Assembly (NCBI RefSeq): GCF_964194155.1
Contig: NC_135901.1
Span: forward strand, 22,382,001-22,446,000
Reading direction: 5' to 3'
Origin: Cetorhinus maximus
Taxonomy: Eukaryota
Length of the DNA stretch: 64,000 nucleotides
The notes below the pieces were generated by a model. The model made no database searches, was not told the origin of the DNA, and saw only the letters and a program-made list of their open reading frames with translations. The position numbers were made by a program, and so were the translations under genes. The first letter of the stretch is position 1. The number at the start of each line of letters is the position of its first letter. Shown here piece by piece: positions 1 to 12,705 of this stretch.

Positions 1-255
1 GAGGAGAGGCCATTCACCTGCTCTGAATGTGGAAAGGGATTCACACGATCATCCCACCTGCTGAGCCACCAGCGCATTCACACTGGGGAGAGGCCATTTA
101 CCTGCTCCAAGTGCGGGAAAGGATTCACACAATCATCAGCGCTGCTGACACACCAGCGAGTTCACACCGGGGAGAGACCCTTCACCTGCTCCATGTGTGG
201 GAAGGGATTTAATCGATCATCCAACCTGGGGAAACACCAGCGAGTTCACATGTGA
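1..255 (+). CDS. 3' end of a C2H2 zinc-finger gene (last three fingers; begins before the window)
   Basis: Frame 1 reads [33 protein letters not shown]...GKHQRVHM*, stop at 253-255, followed by the family 3' UTR motif. Confidence 0.85.
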   Translation, partial: EERPFTCSECGKGFTRSSHLLSHQRIHTGERPFTCSKCGKGFTQSSALLTHQRVHTGERPFTCSMCGKGFNRSSNLGKHQRVHM

Positions 256-384
256 CTGCACTGCTTTGATTCTGCTGCTGTTAATCAGATTAAGGAGTGA
301 ACCTTGTTAATTATGATATTGGGGAAGTGTTGATGCTGTTGTTGCTAACCACAGTATCTGGGCTGGAGTTGACAATTGTGAAGT

Positions 385-560
385 GCCTTTCACAATCTCA
401 GGACATCTCTGTGTGCAGTAAACCTCCACAAACAGCAATGTGATAATGACCAGAGATGATCTGTTTTTAGTGAGATTGTTTGAGGGTGAAATATTGGCCT
501 CACAGGGGAGAACTCCCCTCCTCTCCTTCCAAACAGTGGCCATGGGATCCTTCACAGTCC
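385..560 (-). mobile_element. DeuSINE (SacSINE1-like) fragment
   Basis: Reverse complement resembles the Deu-domain and tail of the copy at 55398-55855. Confidence 0.6.
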
Positions 561-1399
561 ATGTCCAAATGCAGCTACACCTGGACAATATCCAGATTTG
601 GGCTGACAAGTGGCAAGTAACATTCACGCCACAGAAGTGTCAGGCAATGACCATCTCCAACAAGAGAGAATCCAACCATTGGCCCTTGATGTTCAAAGGC
701 ATTACCATCACTGAATCCCGCACGATCAACATCCTGGGGGTTACCATTGACCAGAAACTGAACTGGACCAGCCATATAAATACTGTGGCTACAAGAGCAG
801 GTCAGAGGCTAGGAATCATGCATTGAGTAACTCACTTCCTGACTCCCCAAAGTCTGTCCACCATCTACAAGGCACAATTCAGGAGTGTGTTGGAATACAC
901 CCCACTTGCCTGGATGAGTGCAGCTCCCACAACACTCAAGAAACTTTACACCGTCCAGGACAAAGCAGTCTGCTTGATTGGCGCCACATCCTCAAACATT
1001 CACTCCCTCCATCACCGATGCACAGTAGCAGCAGTGTGTACCATCTGCAAAGTGCACTGCAAGAATTCACCAAGGCTCCTTCAACAGCACCTTTCAAACC
1101 CACAACCGCTACCATCTAGAAGGACAAGGGCAGCAGATAGATGGGAATACCACCACCTGGAAGTTCCCCTCCAAGTCACTCACTATCCTGACTTAGAAAT
1201 ATATCGCCGTTCTTCACTGTTGCTGGGTCAAAACCCTGGAACTCCCTTCCTAACAGCACTGTGACTGTACCTACACCACGTGGACTGCAGCAGTTCAAGA
1301 AGGCAGCTCACCACCACCTTCTCAAGGGCAACTAGGGATGGGCAATAAATGCTGGCCCAGCCAGCGAAGCCCATATCCCATGAATGAATGAACAAAAAA
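560..1399 (+). mobile_element. 3' fragment of an RTE-X/CR1-group-like LINE (RT C-terminus and tail)
   Basis: ORF pieces WADKWQVTF..KCQAM, LGVTIDQKLNWTSHI, SLHHRCTVAAVCTI; tail ggcaataaatgctggcc...catgaatgaa-A; same family as 37199-40411. Confidence 0.8.
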
Positions 1400-1402
1400 C
1401 AT

Positions 1403-2125
1403 CTAGAGTATTGTGTACAGTACTGTTCTCTTTATTTAGGAAAGATGTCAATGTGTTAGAAGCAGTTCAGAGAAGGTTTACTAGACTAATACCAGGAATG
1501 GGTGGGTTGTCTTATGAGGAAAGGCTTTTTTTTCATTTGTTCATGGGATGTGGGTGTCGCTGGCTGGGCCAGCATTTGTTGCCCATCCCTAATTGCCCTT
1601 GTTCAGAGGCATTTCAGAGTCAACCACATTGTTGTGGGTCTGGAGTCACATGCAGGCCAGACTTGGTAAGGATTGCACAGTAAAGGGCATTAGTGAACCA
1701 GATGGGTTTTTACAACAATCGGCAATGGTCATGGTCATCAACAGACTTTGAACTCCAGATGTTTTATTGGATTTAAATTCCAGTATCTGCCGTGGTAGGA
1801 TTCAAACCCGAGTCCCCAGAGCATTACCCTGGGTCTCTGGAATACTAGTCAGAGACAATACCACTGTGCCACCGTCTCCCCTCCCACCAAGGTTTGGCTT
1901 GGACAGGTTAGGCTTGTATCCACTAGAATTTAGAAGAATAAGAGGTGACTTAATTGAAATGTTTAAGATCCTGAGGGGTCTTGACATGGTGGATGTGGAG
2001 AGGATGTTTCCTCCTGTCGGAGAATCTAGAACTAGGGGTCACTGTTTAAAAATAAGGGGTTGTTCATTTAAGACAAAGATGAGGAGAAATTTTTTTCCCT
2101 CAGAGGGCTGTGAGTCTTTAGAACT
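1403..2125 (+). mobile_element. CR1 LINE 3' fragment interrupted by a SINE
   Basis: LEAVQRRFTRLIPGMGGLSYEER breaks near 1524 and resumes as LDRLGLYPLEFRRIRGDLIE near 1898. Confidence 0.8.
1526..1882 (-). mobile_element. tRNA-derived SINE sharing its 3' tail with the 560-1399 LINE family
   Basis: Reverse complement has an A/B-box-like head (ggtggcacagtggta...gggtttgaatcc) and the tail ggcaacaaatgctggcccagccagcgacacccacatcccatgaa. Confidence 0.75.
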
Positions 2126-2149
2126 CACCATTAGAGATATAAATTAGCC

Positions 2150-2600
2150 ACGTGGGTCAAAAAATCAAAGGGGTTGTTTGTACGGTAAAAGACAGTTAAT
2201 TTACATTTCTGTTTGGACCATCCTTGGTATATCACATCATGTAGATAGGCTGTGGGGGTTAGGAAAGTTCTTTGGTTTAATTTACCCTCTGTGTGTGGCC
2301 ATCTTGGTGATGCAACAGAGAGTGGGTGGGGCTTCATGGTCTCAGTGACCATGAGAGAAAATGATGAATTCATTGATTACATTATCACTCTCCACACAGG
2401 GACTTGAGAACAGAACCCAGCCAGATTAGAGAGAGGGATAAACTGGGAGTGAGGAGAGGAATGGTGGAGATGGTATGATGGGTTTGGCAGGATGACCATA
2501 TCTCATGGAGAAAATTAAGGGACAACCTGCCATGGGAGTCCGTATGAGTGGGTGGGAGGGTCTTGGTTGGGATGCTGCCAGAGCTGGTGAGGCGCAGAGG
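2150..2600 (-). mobile_element. Degenerate L2-like LINE fragment
   Basis: Purine-rich strand; minus-strand translation resembles L2-type ORF2 remnants; weak. Confidence 0.4.
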
Positions 2601-2940
2601 AATGGGGTGAATTGGCTGACAGAGCTGTTGGAGCACAGAAACAGTAAGGCACAGTGTTCTGCATGAGGCATGACCACAAAGGTCCAATTTAAGGGACAAA
2701 CAGTGTTCTGGCACCAGGAAGCCCAGGACAGCTGAACACAGGACAATTTTGTAAAATCCTGTACGTTTGGTCACCCTGCATTTTGGATTCCAGCACAGGG
2801 AGGAGGAAGAGTGTGTGGGATGAGGATTTACCGCCTTGCAGGAACAAGAGAGGAAACCAGGTTCCATAGAAACCAAAATTGTCTGTTTAGAATTTCTATC
2901 CTGTCTTTACAGTGATGAGTTTTGTAAACTCCTTTTCCAG

Positions 2941-5018
2941 GATATTAGAACGGGTTTTACAGGCAGGAGGCTCATACGGAACACCACAGCATGATCTGAC
3001 AGAGTCACTCGATTCATCAGGACCTGAAGATCATCAGCCTTTCAATGTGGATGGAGAAATGTTTGTCTGTTCTGCCTGTGGGGAAATGTTTCAATCATCA
3101 GTATGACTGGAAAATCACCAAGACATGCACACCTGAGTGAGAGTGTTCCAGTGTACTGACTGTGGAAAGAGCTTTAGTTACACAGCCTGAATAAAGATCA
3201 CACCATTCACAGTGGGGAGAAACCATACACATGTTCTGTGTGTGGACGAGGCTTCAACTGATTGTCCAATCTGAAGAGACACAAGGACACCGGCACCATG
3301 GAGAAACCATGGAACTGGGAGGAATGTGGTAAAGGATTCAATTCTTCATCCAGGCTGGAAATTCATCAATGCATTCACAATGGGGAAAAGCCATTCAGTT
3401 GTTCCGTGTGTGGGATGGGATTCACTCGGTCATCCGGCCTTCGGTCACACCAGCGAGTTCACACTGAGAAGAAGCCATTCAGCTGCACAACCTGTGGAGA
3501 GGGGTTCAAGTCTTCATCCATCCTCACTGAACACCAGCGGATTGACACGGGTGGGAAACCATTCACTTGCTTCGTGTGTGGGAGTTGTTGCAAGGATATG
3601 CTTTTGCTTCAGTGACTGGAAGCCAGTGTCCTGTGGCGTACCACAGGGATCTGTGCTGCGACCCTTATTATTTGTCATTTATATAAACGATATAGATGAC
3701 TATGTGGGGGGTAGGATTAGTAAGTTTGTGGATGACACAAAGATTGGCCGGGTAGTTAACAGTGAGGTTGAATGTCTTGGGCTACAGGAAGATATAGATG
3801 GGATGGTGAAATGGGCAGATAAGTGGCAGATGGAATTTAACCCTGACAAGTGTGAGGTGATACACTTTGGAAGGAGTAATTTGACAAGGAAGTATTCAAT
3901 GAACGGCATGACACTAGGGAGTTCTGAGGCGTATGTGTCCATAGATGTCTGAAGGTGGAGGGGCATGTTAGTGGGGTGGTGAAAAAGGCATATGGGACAC
4001 TTGCCTTTATCAATCGAGGCATAGATTACAAAAGTAGGGAGGTCATGTTGGAGTTGTATAGAACCTTGGTGAGGCCACAGCTGGAGTACTGTGTGCAGTT
4101 CTGGTCACCACATTATAGGAAGGATGTGATTGCACTGGAGGGGGTGCAGAGGAGATTCACCAGGATGTTGCCTGGGATGAAACATTTAAGTTATGAAGGG
4201 AGGTTGGATAGACTTGGGTTGTTTTCGTTGGAGCAGAGAAGACTGAGGGGCGACCTGATCGAGGTGTACAAGATTATGAGGGGCATGGACAGGGTGGATA
4301 GGAAGCAGCTATTCCATTTAGTTGAAGGGTCAGTCATGAGGGGACATAAGTTCAAGGTGAGGGGCAGGAGGTTTAGTGGGGAATGAGAGGAAAAACATTT
4401 TTACCCAGAGGGTGATGACTGTCTGGAATGCACTGCCTGGGAGGGTGGTGGAGGCGGGTTGCCTCACATCCTTTAAAGAGCACTTGGCACATCATAACAT
4501 TCAAGACGATGGGCCAAGTGCTGGTAAATGGGATTAGGTAGGTAGGTCAGGTGTTTCTCACGTGTCGGTGCAGACTCGATGGGCCGAAAGGCCTCTTCCG
4601 TACTGTGTGATTCTGTGGGGGAAGGGATTCACTGGTGTATTCGCCCTCCAGTAACACCACCGAATGCACATGAAGGAGAAGCCATTCAGCTGTACTGCTG
4701 CGTCAGCTGCAGAAAGAGTTTCAGGCAGTCAACCGACCTCAGTGAACACCAACGTACTCACACTGCGGAGAAGCCATTCACCTACTCCATGTGTGGAAGG
4801 GATTTCCTTGGTCATCCCAACTGCTGACACATCAGCGAGTTCACATTGGGGACAGACTGTTCACCTGCTCCTTGTGTGGGAAGGGATTCCCTTGGTTATC
4901 CCAACTGCTGACACATCAGCGAGTTCACACCGGGGACAGACCGTTCACCTGCTCCTTGTGTGTGTCGGGATTCACTCAGTCACAACACCTACTGAGATAC
5001 GAGCGGGTTCACCTGTGA
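2941..5018 (+). pseudogene. C2H2 ZNF pseudogene (MEKPW type) disrupted by a CR1 insertion and frameshifts
   Basis: Acceptor ttttccag at 2933-2940; leader; accATGg at 3298; fingers to CFVCG at 3583; resumes GKGF at about 4617; family 3' UTR after 5018. Confidence 0.85.
3605..4616 (+). mobile_element. 5'-truncated CR1 LINE inserted inside a zinc finger
   Basis: RT motifs GVPQGSVL, FVDDTK, WQMEFNPDKC, LEGVQRRFTRM; CR1 tail gatgggccgaaaggcc...tgtgattctgtg. Confidence 0.9.
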
Positions 5019-5705
5019 TTACAGGGGTTGGATTCTGCTGTTTTTCTTGCTGTTAATCACACCCAGGATCGATAGTCTGACAATAATTGGTTTGTTTCTG
5101 CTGATGTTAACCAAACTGTAACTGGCTAAAGTTTAATATTCTGGAAATGTCACTGATTTTCAGGGCTGCATTGTCCCTTTTTAAAAGCTTCATCTGTGAT
5201 CTTTCCCCTTAGTACGAGAACTCTCAATAGGAGCTAATTTACAATAAAATTCTGAACTTTTACTTCAATCTTAAATTGATCTTTGATGCAAACTCTACAG
5301 TTCAGTGTTTGAAAGGTTCCACTGATTAACATCTCCAATTAGAAAGTGCTGATTAACCCTTGCTGACAATTCTTACTGACTTCCACATTCTTCACAGTGA
5401 CACCTCCATTATGAAGTTAAATTATGAATGAACAGCAATTAAAATGGTGAAATATTTTACAGGCAGATCAATAAAAGCTTCATCAATCAACATTGATATT
5501 GATGAAGTTTGGAAGTCGCTGATTCAATCATTTCTGACACAGCAGCAGCAACATTTGGTAAAGGTGGAACCCACACAAAGACTGGTTTGAGACCGACTCA
5601 GCAGAGATGACATCTGTCATTGAAGCAAAAAGCAAAGCCCACCTGATGCACAACATAAAGCCAACAGCCAAATACTGTGTGCAGTTCTGGTCACCATATG
5701 AATTT

Positions 5706-6003
5706 AAGGGGAGGTGGTGGAGTGGTATTGTCACTGGACTCGTGTTCCAGAGACCCAGGGTAATGGGGATGCGGGTTTGAATCCCACCATGGCAGATGGT
5801 GGAATTTGAATTCAAATATCTGGAATTAGAAGTCCAATGATGACCATGAAACCATTGTCATAAAAACCCATCTGGTTCACTGATGCCCTTTAGGAAAGGA
5901 AATCTGTCATCCTCACTTGGTCTGGCCTACATATGACTCCAGACCCATAGCAACTCTTAAAAATGCTCTCTAACAAGGGCAATTAGGGATTGGCAATAAA
6001 TGC
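5706..6003 (+). mobile_element. tRNA-derived SINE (same family as 1526-1882)
   Basis: ggtggagtggtattgtcactggact...gggtttgaatccc head; aaaacccatctggttcac body; ggcaattagggattggcaataaatgc tail. Confidence 0.75.
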
Positions 6004-6029
6004 ATGGGTTTATATGTCATGAGAACGCA

Positions 6030-6432
6030 CACACCAAACAAACTGGGTCTCTTTTCTTTTGAAATAAGACGTGTGAGGGCTGAGCTAATCATTTAAAACG
6101 ATGAAAGGTTTTGATAGAGAGGATACAGGGAGAATGTTTACTCTTGTGGAGAAAAGCGTAACTAGACACCATCAATATAAGATTGTCACCAAGAATCCAA
6201 TAGGGAATTCAGAAGAAACTTCTTCACCCACAGATGGAGTGAGTGAAGTGAATAGTATCAAAGTACTTATGGGGAGGCTGGACAAACATATGAGGGAGAA
6301 GGGGATATTGGGTTACGGTGATAAATTTGGAAGTGGAAAGATGGGAGGAGGCTCGAGTGGAACATAAACACCGAAATGGACTGGATGGGCCGAATGGTCT
6401 GTTTCTGTGCTGTATGTCAATGTAATCCTATC
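6030..6432 (+). mobile_element. Old CR1 3' fragment
   Basis: MKGFDRED..MFTLV remnant; tail gatgggccgaatggtctgtttctgtgctgta. Confidence 0.65.
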
Positions 6433-6433
6433 T

Positions 6434-7630
6434 AAGGCTTCAACTGATTGTCCAACCTGGAGAGACACAAGGACACCCACAACAGGGAGAAACCATGGAA
6501 ATGCGGGGACTGTGGGAAGGGATTCAGCTCTCCATCCCAGCTGGAAACTCATTGGCTCAGTCACACTGGGGAGAGACTGTTCCCCTGCACCATGTGGAGG
6601 AAGGGATTCACCGAATCATCCAGCTTCCAGAAACGCCAGCACACTCACAGAGGAGAAACTGTGAAACTTACACTGTGTGTGGGAAGAGATTCACTCAGTC
6701 ACCCATTCTCCAGATACAGTCTGTAAGAATTCTGTTCTTTCTTTGTCTGTGTATTTATATAGTCTGTCAGAGTTGTGTTCTTTCTTTGCCTGTGTGTTGA
6801 TCTGCAGGGTAGAGTCTGTGGGGGTGATGTCATGCTTTGAACCGGCTTGTCCTAGTTTGGAACTGAGAGATGGTGGAAGTGCAGAAGTTCTATGTAATCA
6901 CAGAGGAATGTGTGTGCTCTCAACAACAGGCGAACGCTGTTCAGATGAACACACCTGTGATTGGACAAGAGCCACATAATTGTGTAGTGAAATGTACATG
7001 GACAGTTCTGATTGGTGGCCTCAGGGGAGCCAGTTGGGTGGGGGGTGGTGGGGGTTTCCAGCATAAAAACAGTCCTCTCAAGGGGTTTGATGCAGTGGAG
7101 AAAAGAACAAAGGGAAGAAGACAAAGAAATAAGAAAAAAGCCAGAAAGCTGGAAACTCCACACGAAAACCAGAAGCTACGGGGAAAGAAGTGCGCTCTGC
7201 TATCCAGATACGACATGGGAAGTATAGAGCTCACATTATTCTGTTATCACTGCTTGAACTTTACCTTTAGTCCAGAAGTTTGTCCTGCCTTTCTCTTAAT
7301 AAAGCTGCTCCATAACTGAACTTTATTGTCACATCCGATCCTGTTGTAAGTAAGGAGTTCAATCCCTACAACCCGCAAGTTCACATCAAGGAGATTCTGT
7401 CCATATGCTCCATTTGTAGGAAAGGATTCACTTGTGTGTCCAGCCTCACTGCCCATCAAGTTGTTCACTCTGATAAGAGACCTTTTAATTGTTATCATTG
7501 TGTGAAGAGTTTTAAAAGCTCTAAAGATCTGATGAAATACCAACTCACTCACACTGAAGAGAACCCATTCACCTGCACTGACTGTGGGAAGAAATTCACT
7601 ACTCACTCAACCTGCGGACACACCAATCAC
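6434..7630 (+). pseudogene. C2H2 ZNF pseudogene split by a solo LTR
   Basis: [14 protein letters not shown] fingers 6484-6717, resuming HPQVH...HSDKRPFNCYHC at 7371; frameshifts. Confidence 0.8.
6722..7370 (+). mobile_element. Putative solo LTR (about 649 bp)
   Basis: Begins TGTAAG, ends CTACA; CATAAAA near 7062; AATAAA at 7298-7303; interrupts a finger; TSD unclear. Confidence 0.6.
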
Positions 7631-7684
7631 CCTGCCAATGGAAACAATTTCTACCAATGTAAATGAAAACTCCTAAAAAATAAT

Positions 7685-8100
7685 CATTTCCACACCTCTA
7701 TTAAATCAGTCCTTAACCTTTTCTGCTCTAAAGAGAACAATTCCAGCTTCTCCAGTTTCTCCACGTAACTGAAACCTCTCATCCCTGATACTATTCTGGT
7801 AAGTTTTCTCTGTACTCCAAGGCCTAGACATCTTTCCCAAAGTGTGGTGCTCAGAATTGAGCACAAGACTACAGCTGATCAGTGATTTATAAAGATTTAG
7901 GATAACTGCCCTGCTTTTCCACTCCATGTCCCCATTAGTAAACCAAGGTTCCCATTATATTTTTATAAACAATTGATCAACATGTCCTGACGGATTCAAA
8001 GGTTTGTGTCCATACACTCCCAGGTAACTCTGTTCCTGCATTCTGTTTAAAATTGTACCATTTAGTTTATACTGCCTCTCCTCATTCGTCCTTCCAAATG
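7685..8100 (-). mobile_element. CR1 fragment
   Basis: Minus ORF VQRKLTRIVSGMRGFSYVEKLEKLELFSLEQKRLR. Confidence 0.7.
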
Positions 8101-8539
8101 CATCATTGACTGTGAATCACTTTGAGATGTTCTGAGGATGTGAAAGGTGCTAAGTGAACACGAGAACTTTCTTTCTTTTACAGCTGATTAAAAGTTGTAG
8201 ATTTTGATCCAAAGATTAAATTGAGATTGATATTCAAAGTTAACTACTTTACTGTAGACAAAATCTAACTGGGAGTCAGTGAATTAAGAGGAAAGATCCC
8301 AAACAACGGTTCTTCAAGGTACACTGCAGGCCCGGCAGCTCAATCAGCTCCACTCTCAGCTCAGGAGACCTCAACAACTCCACAAACTGTCCACAGGGGA
8401 ATTCTCCTGGTGCAGTGGGACCAATATTCGTGCTTTAACTATCACCACCAAAAAAAACTGAATTAATCAGTCACTGGTCTGATTGCTGTTTGTGGAATCT
8501 TACTGTGCACAAACTGGCTGTCGTGAATCAGTAACTGGT

Positions 8540-10030
8540 ATCTATATAACACGATTAATGTAATAAAACATCCCAAGTGCTTCAGAGGAATTTCATAAAG
8601 AAAAAAATTGGCACTGAGTTACATAGGACATTATTAATGTAGATGGCCAAAACCTTGATTGGAGAGGTAGATTTTAACAAGCATCTTTAATCAGGAGAGA
8701 GAGCTGGAGGAGCGGAGTGGGTTAGGGAGGGAATTTTATGCCTGGGTACAGCTACTAATGGTGGAATAATTAAAATCAGGATGTTGAAGGTCCCAGAATA
8801 AGAGGAGAGCAGATATCTCAAAGGGTGTGAGGCTGGAGATTACAAAGATTGGGAGGGATGGGGCCATAGAAGAATTTGAAAACAAGGCTACAATTTTAAA
8901 ATTAGGATTTGGTCAAAACCAAGTTTTAACCAGTGGCCAATGTAGAGCAGAGAACACAGGAGTGATGGGTGAATGGGAATTGGCGTGAGAAAGCACATGG
9001 GCAGCAGAGTTTTGGACAAGCTCACGTTTCCAGGTGGGGGTGGGGTGAATGTGAGAGTCTGGTCAGGAATGTATTGCAATCGTCAAGTCTAAAGGTAACA
9101 CAGGCATGGATGAGGGTTTCAGCAGCAGATGAGCTGGGGTGGGGTGGAGACAGGTGACGATAGGGAGATTGAAATATCTGGTATTAGTGATGGTGTGGAT
9201 ATGTGGTCAGAAACTCATCTTGGGGTCAAATCTGACACCAAGATTGTGAAGAGTCTGGTTCAGCCTCAGACAGTTCCCAGGGAGAGGGATGGACTCAGTA
9301 GTTAAGGAACGGAATTTGTAGCGGTGAATGAAGACAATGACTTTGGTCTTTCCAATTTTTAATTGCAGAAATTTCTGCTCATCCAGTACTGGATGTCAGA
9401 TAAGCAGTTTGATAATTTAGTAACAGTGGAGGAATGGAGAGGGATGGTAGTGAGGTAGAGCTGGGCGTTGTCAGTGTACATGTGAAAACTAACACGGTGC
9501 TTTAGGATGATGTTGCCTAGTAGCAGCCTGTAGATGAGAAATAGGAGGGTCCAAGGATAGATCCTTGGGGGACACCAAGTACAAGGACTTTGCAGAGGAA
9601 ATGGAGGTTGGAGATGGGGTGGTAGTTTGCTAGGACTGTGGAGTCAAGAGTTGGTTTCCCTCAGAATGGTGACGATGGTGCATTTCAAGGTGAGGGTGGC
9701 AGTACCAGGAGAGAGAGAGAAAAATTAACAATATCAGCTAACATGGGCAAGTTGGATGGTCAGCAGTTTAATGAGAATAGGGTCGAGGGATTTGGATGCA
9801 GATTTCATGGACAAGATGAGCTCTGACAGGGATTGACAGGAGGTAGAAGAGAAACTGGAGAAAGATGCAATTTCAGGGCTTGGTCTGTAGAGGAACTGTA
9901 GAGACCGTTAGGCCCGGTGGGTTTGTGGGAAAGAGGGAAGCAGCAGAGGCAGCTGATCAGATTGTCTCAATCTTAGTGACAAAGAAGCTCCATGAGCTCC
10001 TCACACTTGTTGTTGGGAGTGAGGATGGAG
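8540..10030 (-). mobile_element. L2-type LINE, degenerate 3' part
   Basis: Reverse complement gives CEELMELLVTKIETI-like, GVPQGSILG and VRFDPKMSF remnants and an L2-like tail (cttgggatgttttattac...tatataga). Confidence 0.7.
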
Positions 10031-10237
10031 GAGGCTGGGTAGAGCCCTTCAGAAGGAACTAACTTGTATTCAAGATACTCAAAAGATACGACAGGCTGTG
10101 TGTTCAACACAAAGCTGATTTATTTAATTATTGCCAGAATAATATCCCCGCTAACTGGGCTGGAGTTTATTAACAGCAGCAGAAACAGACCCCAATGAAC
10201 ATGATTCAGTCCTGAATGTGATTAACAGCAAAACCCA

Positions 10238-10948
10238 TCACTGTAGAAACTTGTGAACTTGCTGGTGCTTTAGCAGCGTGAATGAAGTTGTGAATCCTTT
10301 CCCACACTCAGAGCAGGTGTATGGCCTCTCCCCGGTGTGAATTCGCTGGTGATTCAGCAGGGTGGATAACTGAGTGAATCCCTTCCTACATTCCATGCAG
10401 GTGAATGGCCTCTCCCCAGTGTGAATTCGCTGGTGCACAGTGAGCTGTTCTGATCGCCTGAATCCAGTCCCACAATGAGAGCACCTGAATGGTCTCTCCT
10501 CAGTATGAACACGTTGATGGGACATCAGTTCCCCAGAACTTTTAAAGCACTTCTCGCAGTCCGGGCATTTGAAAGGTCTCTCCTCAGTGTGAACTCGCTG
10601 GTGTGTCAGCAGGTGGGATGACTGAGTGAATCCCTTCCCACACTCGGAGCAGGTAAATGGCCTCGCCCCAGTGTGATCTCGCTGGTGTTTCAGCAGGCTG
10701 GATGACTGAGTGAATCCCTTCCCACACATATAGCAGGTGAACGGCCTCTCCCCAGTGTGACTGCGTCGATGAGTTTCCAGGTCAGACGGGTAATTGAATC
10801 TCTTCCCACAATCCCCACATTTCCACGGTTTCTCCCCAGTGTGACTGCGCTTGTGTCTTGACAGGCCAGATGATTGTCTGAAGCCTCGTCCACACACAGA
10901 ACACGTGTACTGTTTCTCCGCGATGTGAACGGTGCTCTTTCCTTTCAT
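10238..10948 (-). CDS. C2H2 zinc-finger protein, 8 fingers, no effector domain (about 236 aa, MKGKSTVH type)
   Basis: Open ORF with TGERPF linkers; aacATG at 10948; family 3' UTR with AATAAA at 10119-10124. Confidence 0.85.
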   Translation of the reverse strand: MKGKSTVHIAEKQYTCSVCGRGFRQSSGLSRHKRSHTGEKPWKCGDCGKRFNYPSDLETHRRSHTGERPFTCYMCGKGFTQSSSLLKHQRDHTGARPFTCSECGKGFTQSSHLLTHQRVHTEERPFKCPDCEKCFKSSGELMSHQRVHTEERPFRCSHCGTGFRRSEQLTVHQRIHTGERPFTCMECRKGFTQLSTLLNHQRIHTGERPYTCSECGKGFTTSFTLLKHQQVHKFLQ

Positions 10949-11409
10949 GTTCAAAGGCTGATGCTTTCCAGTTATGATAAATTGGGCGACTGTCAGCTCC
11001 TGATGTGATGTTTGGCTTGAGGTTCACAACTGAAAGTGATTTAAAACAGAAAAAAGGGGATGAGAGAGAACCCACAAAAACACAAAGGCAAGTTGTGAAA
11101 TTGAGCTGAATCAATCTGGTAATTTGTGGGGCCAGCACAAGGAAGAAGTGACCACGAAAACTGCTGGATTGTCATAAAAACCCAACTGCTTCAGGGAAGG
11201 GAACCTGTCACCCAGAGTGGACCTACACAAAACACTGGCCTCTATGGGAGGAGAGAGGGAGAGGAAGAGAGAGAGAGAGGTGGAACAGGCAGGGGGTCAA
11301 GCAGAGGGAACAAACCCAGAACCTACTAAAAGGACCAGGGTATCAGGTGTATGTGAACACCATCACCTCCAAGTTCCCCTCCAAGTCACTCATCGTCCTG
11401 ACTAGGCTG

Positions 11410-12310
11410 ACATCCAGTACTGGATTAACAGAAATTTCCTCCACTTAAGTACCGGGAAGACTAAAGCCTTTGTCTTCGGTCCCCACTACAAACTTCACTC
11501 CTTCGCCACCGACTCCATCCCTCTCCCTGCCAACTGTCTTGAGGCTGAACTAGGCTGTTCACAACCATGGCAGAATATTTCACCCCAAGCAAGATAAGCT
11601 TTCAGCCACGAATCCACATTATCACCAAGACCGCCCATTTCCACCTCAGTAACATCGTCTGACTCTGTCCTCATCTCAGTTCATGTGCCGTTGAAACCGT
11701 CATCCATTCCTTTGTTACCCCTAGACTTAACTATCCTGACACACTCCCCACTGGTCTCTCACATTCAACCTCTCTGTGACCTTGAGGTCACGCAAAACTC
11801 TGCTGCCCGTGTGTTTACTCACACCAAGCCTTGTTCACCCGTCCTCCCATTGCTGACTGACCTACAAAGGCTCCTGTTTAAGAAGCACCAAAATTTAAAA
11901 AATTCTCACCCTTATTTTCCTCCATGGTTGTATTCTTCCCCATCTCTGTAATCTCCTCCAGACAGTCAATCCTGCAAGATCAAAAACAAAAATACCTGGA
12001 AAAACTCAGCAGGTCTGACAGCATCTGCAGAGAGGTTGCACCCATCTAATTCAGGCGTTTATGATTGGTGGCCGTCCTTTCAGTTGCCTCGGCCCCAAAC
12101 TCTGGAATTTCATCCTTAAACCTCTCCCCTTTGCTAACTCACTCTCATCCTTTAAGATAATCCTCAAAACCTACCTCTTTGGCCAGACACCTGCTGCCCT
12201 GCTCCCTCACAACAACTTATGTAGCTCAGTTCAAATGTTTCTTTATAACATTTTTGTGAAATGTCTTGGAAAGTTTTATTACGTTAAAGGCACAATATAA
12301 ATACAAATTA
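11410..12310 (+). mobile_element. L2-type LINE 3' fragment (paralogous to 31395-32125)
   Basis: QNSAARVFTHTK remnant; tail ttggaaagttttattacgttaaaggcacaatataaatac. Confidence 0.7.
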
Positions 12311-12314
12311 TTAG

Positions 12315-12705
12315 AACATAAGAAATAAGAGCAGGAGTAGGCCATTCGGCCCGTCAGCCTGTCCAGCCATTCAATAAAATCATGGCTGCTCTGCCCCAGG
12401 CCTCAACTACTTATTCGTGCCAGTTCTTCATAGCCCTCAACTCCTCAATATTTCAAAAATCTATCTACCTCCTCTTTAAATCCTTTCAGTGATCTAGTCT
12501 CTGCAACTCTCTGGAGTAGAGAATTCCAGACATTCATTACCCTCTGAGAGATGAAATTCCTTCGCATCTCAGTTTTAAATGAGTGTCCCCTTATTCTGTA
12601 ACTATATCCCCTAGTTCGAGATTCTCCCACTAATGGAAACATCTTCTCAACATCTACCCTGACAAGCCCCCTCAGAACTTTTATGTTTCAGTAAGATCAC
12701 ACCCC
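12315..12705 (-). mobile_element. CR1 3' fragment
   Basis: MFPLVGESRTRGYSYRIRG..RRNFISQRVMNVWNSL; CR1 tail. Confidence 0.75.

Noticed and set aside
6870-7319. 149-aa ORF with a basic stretch
   Set aside because: Lies within the putative solo LTR; no recognisable domain
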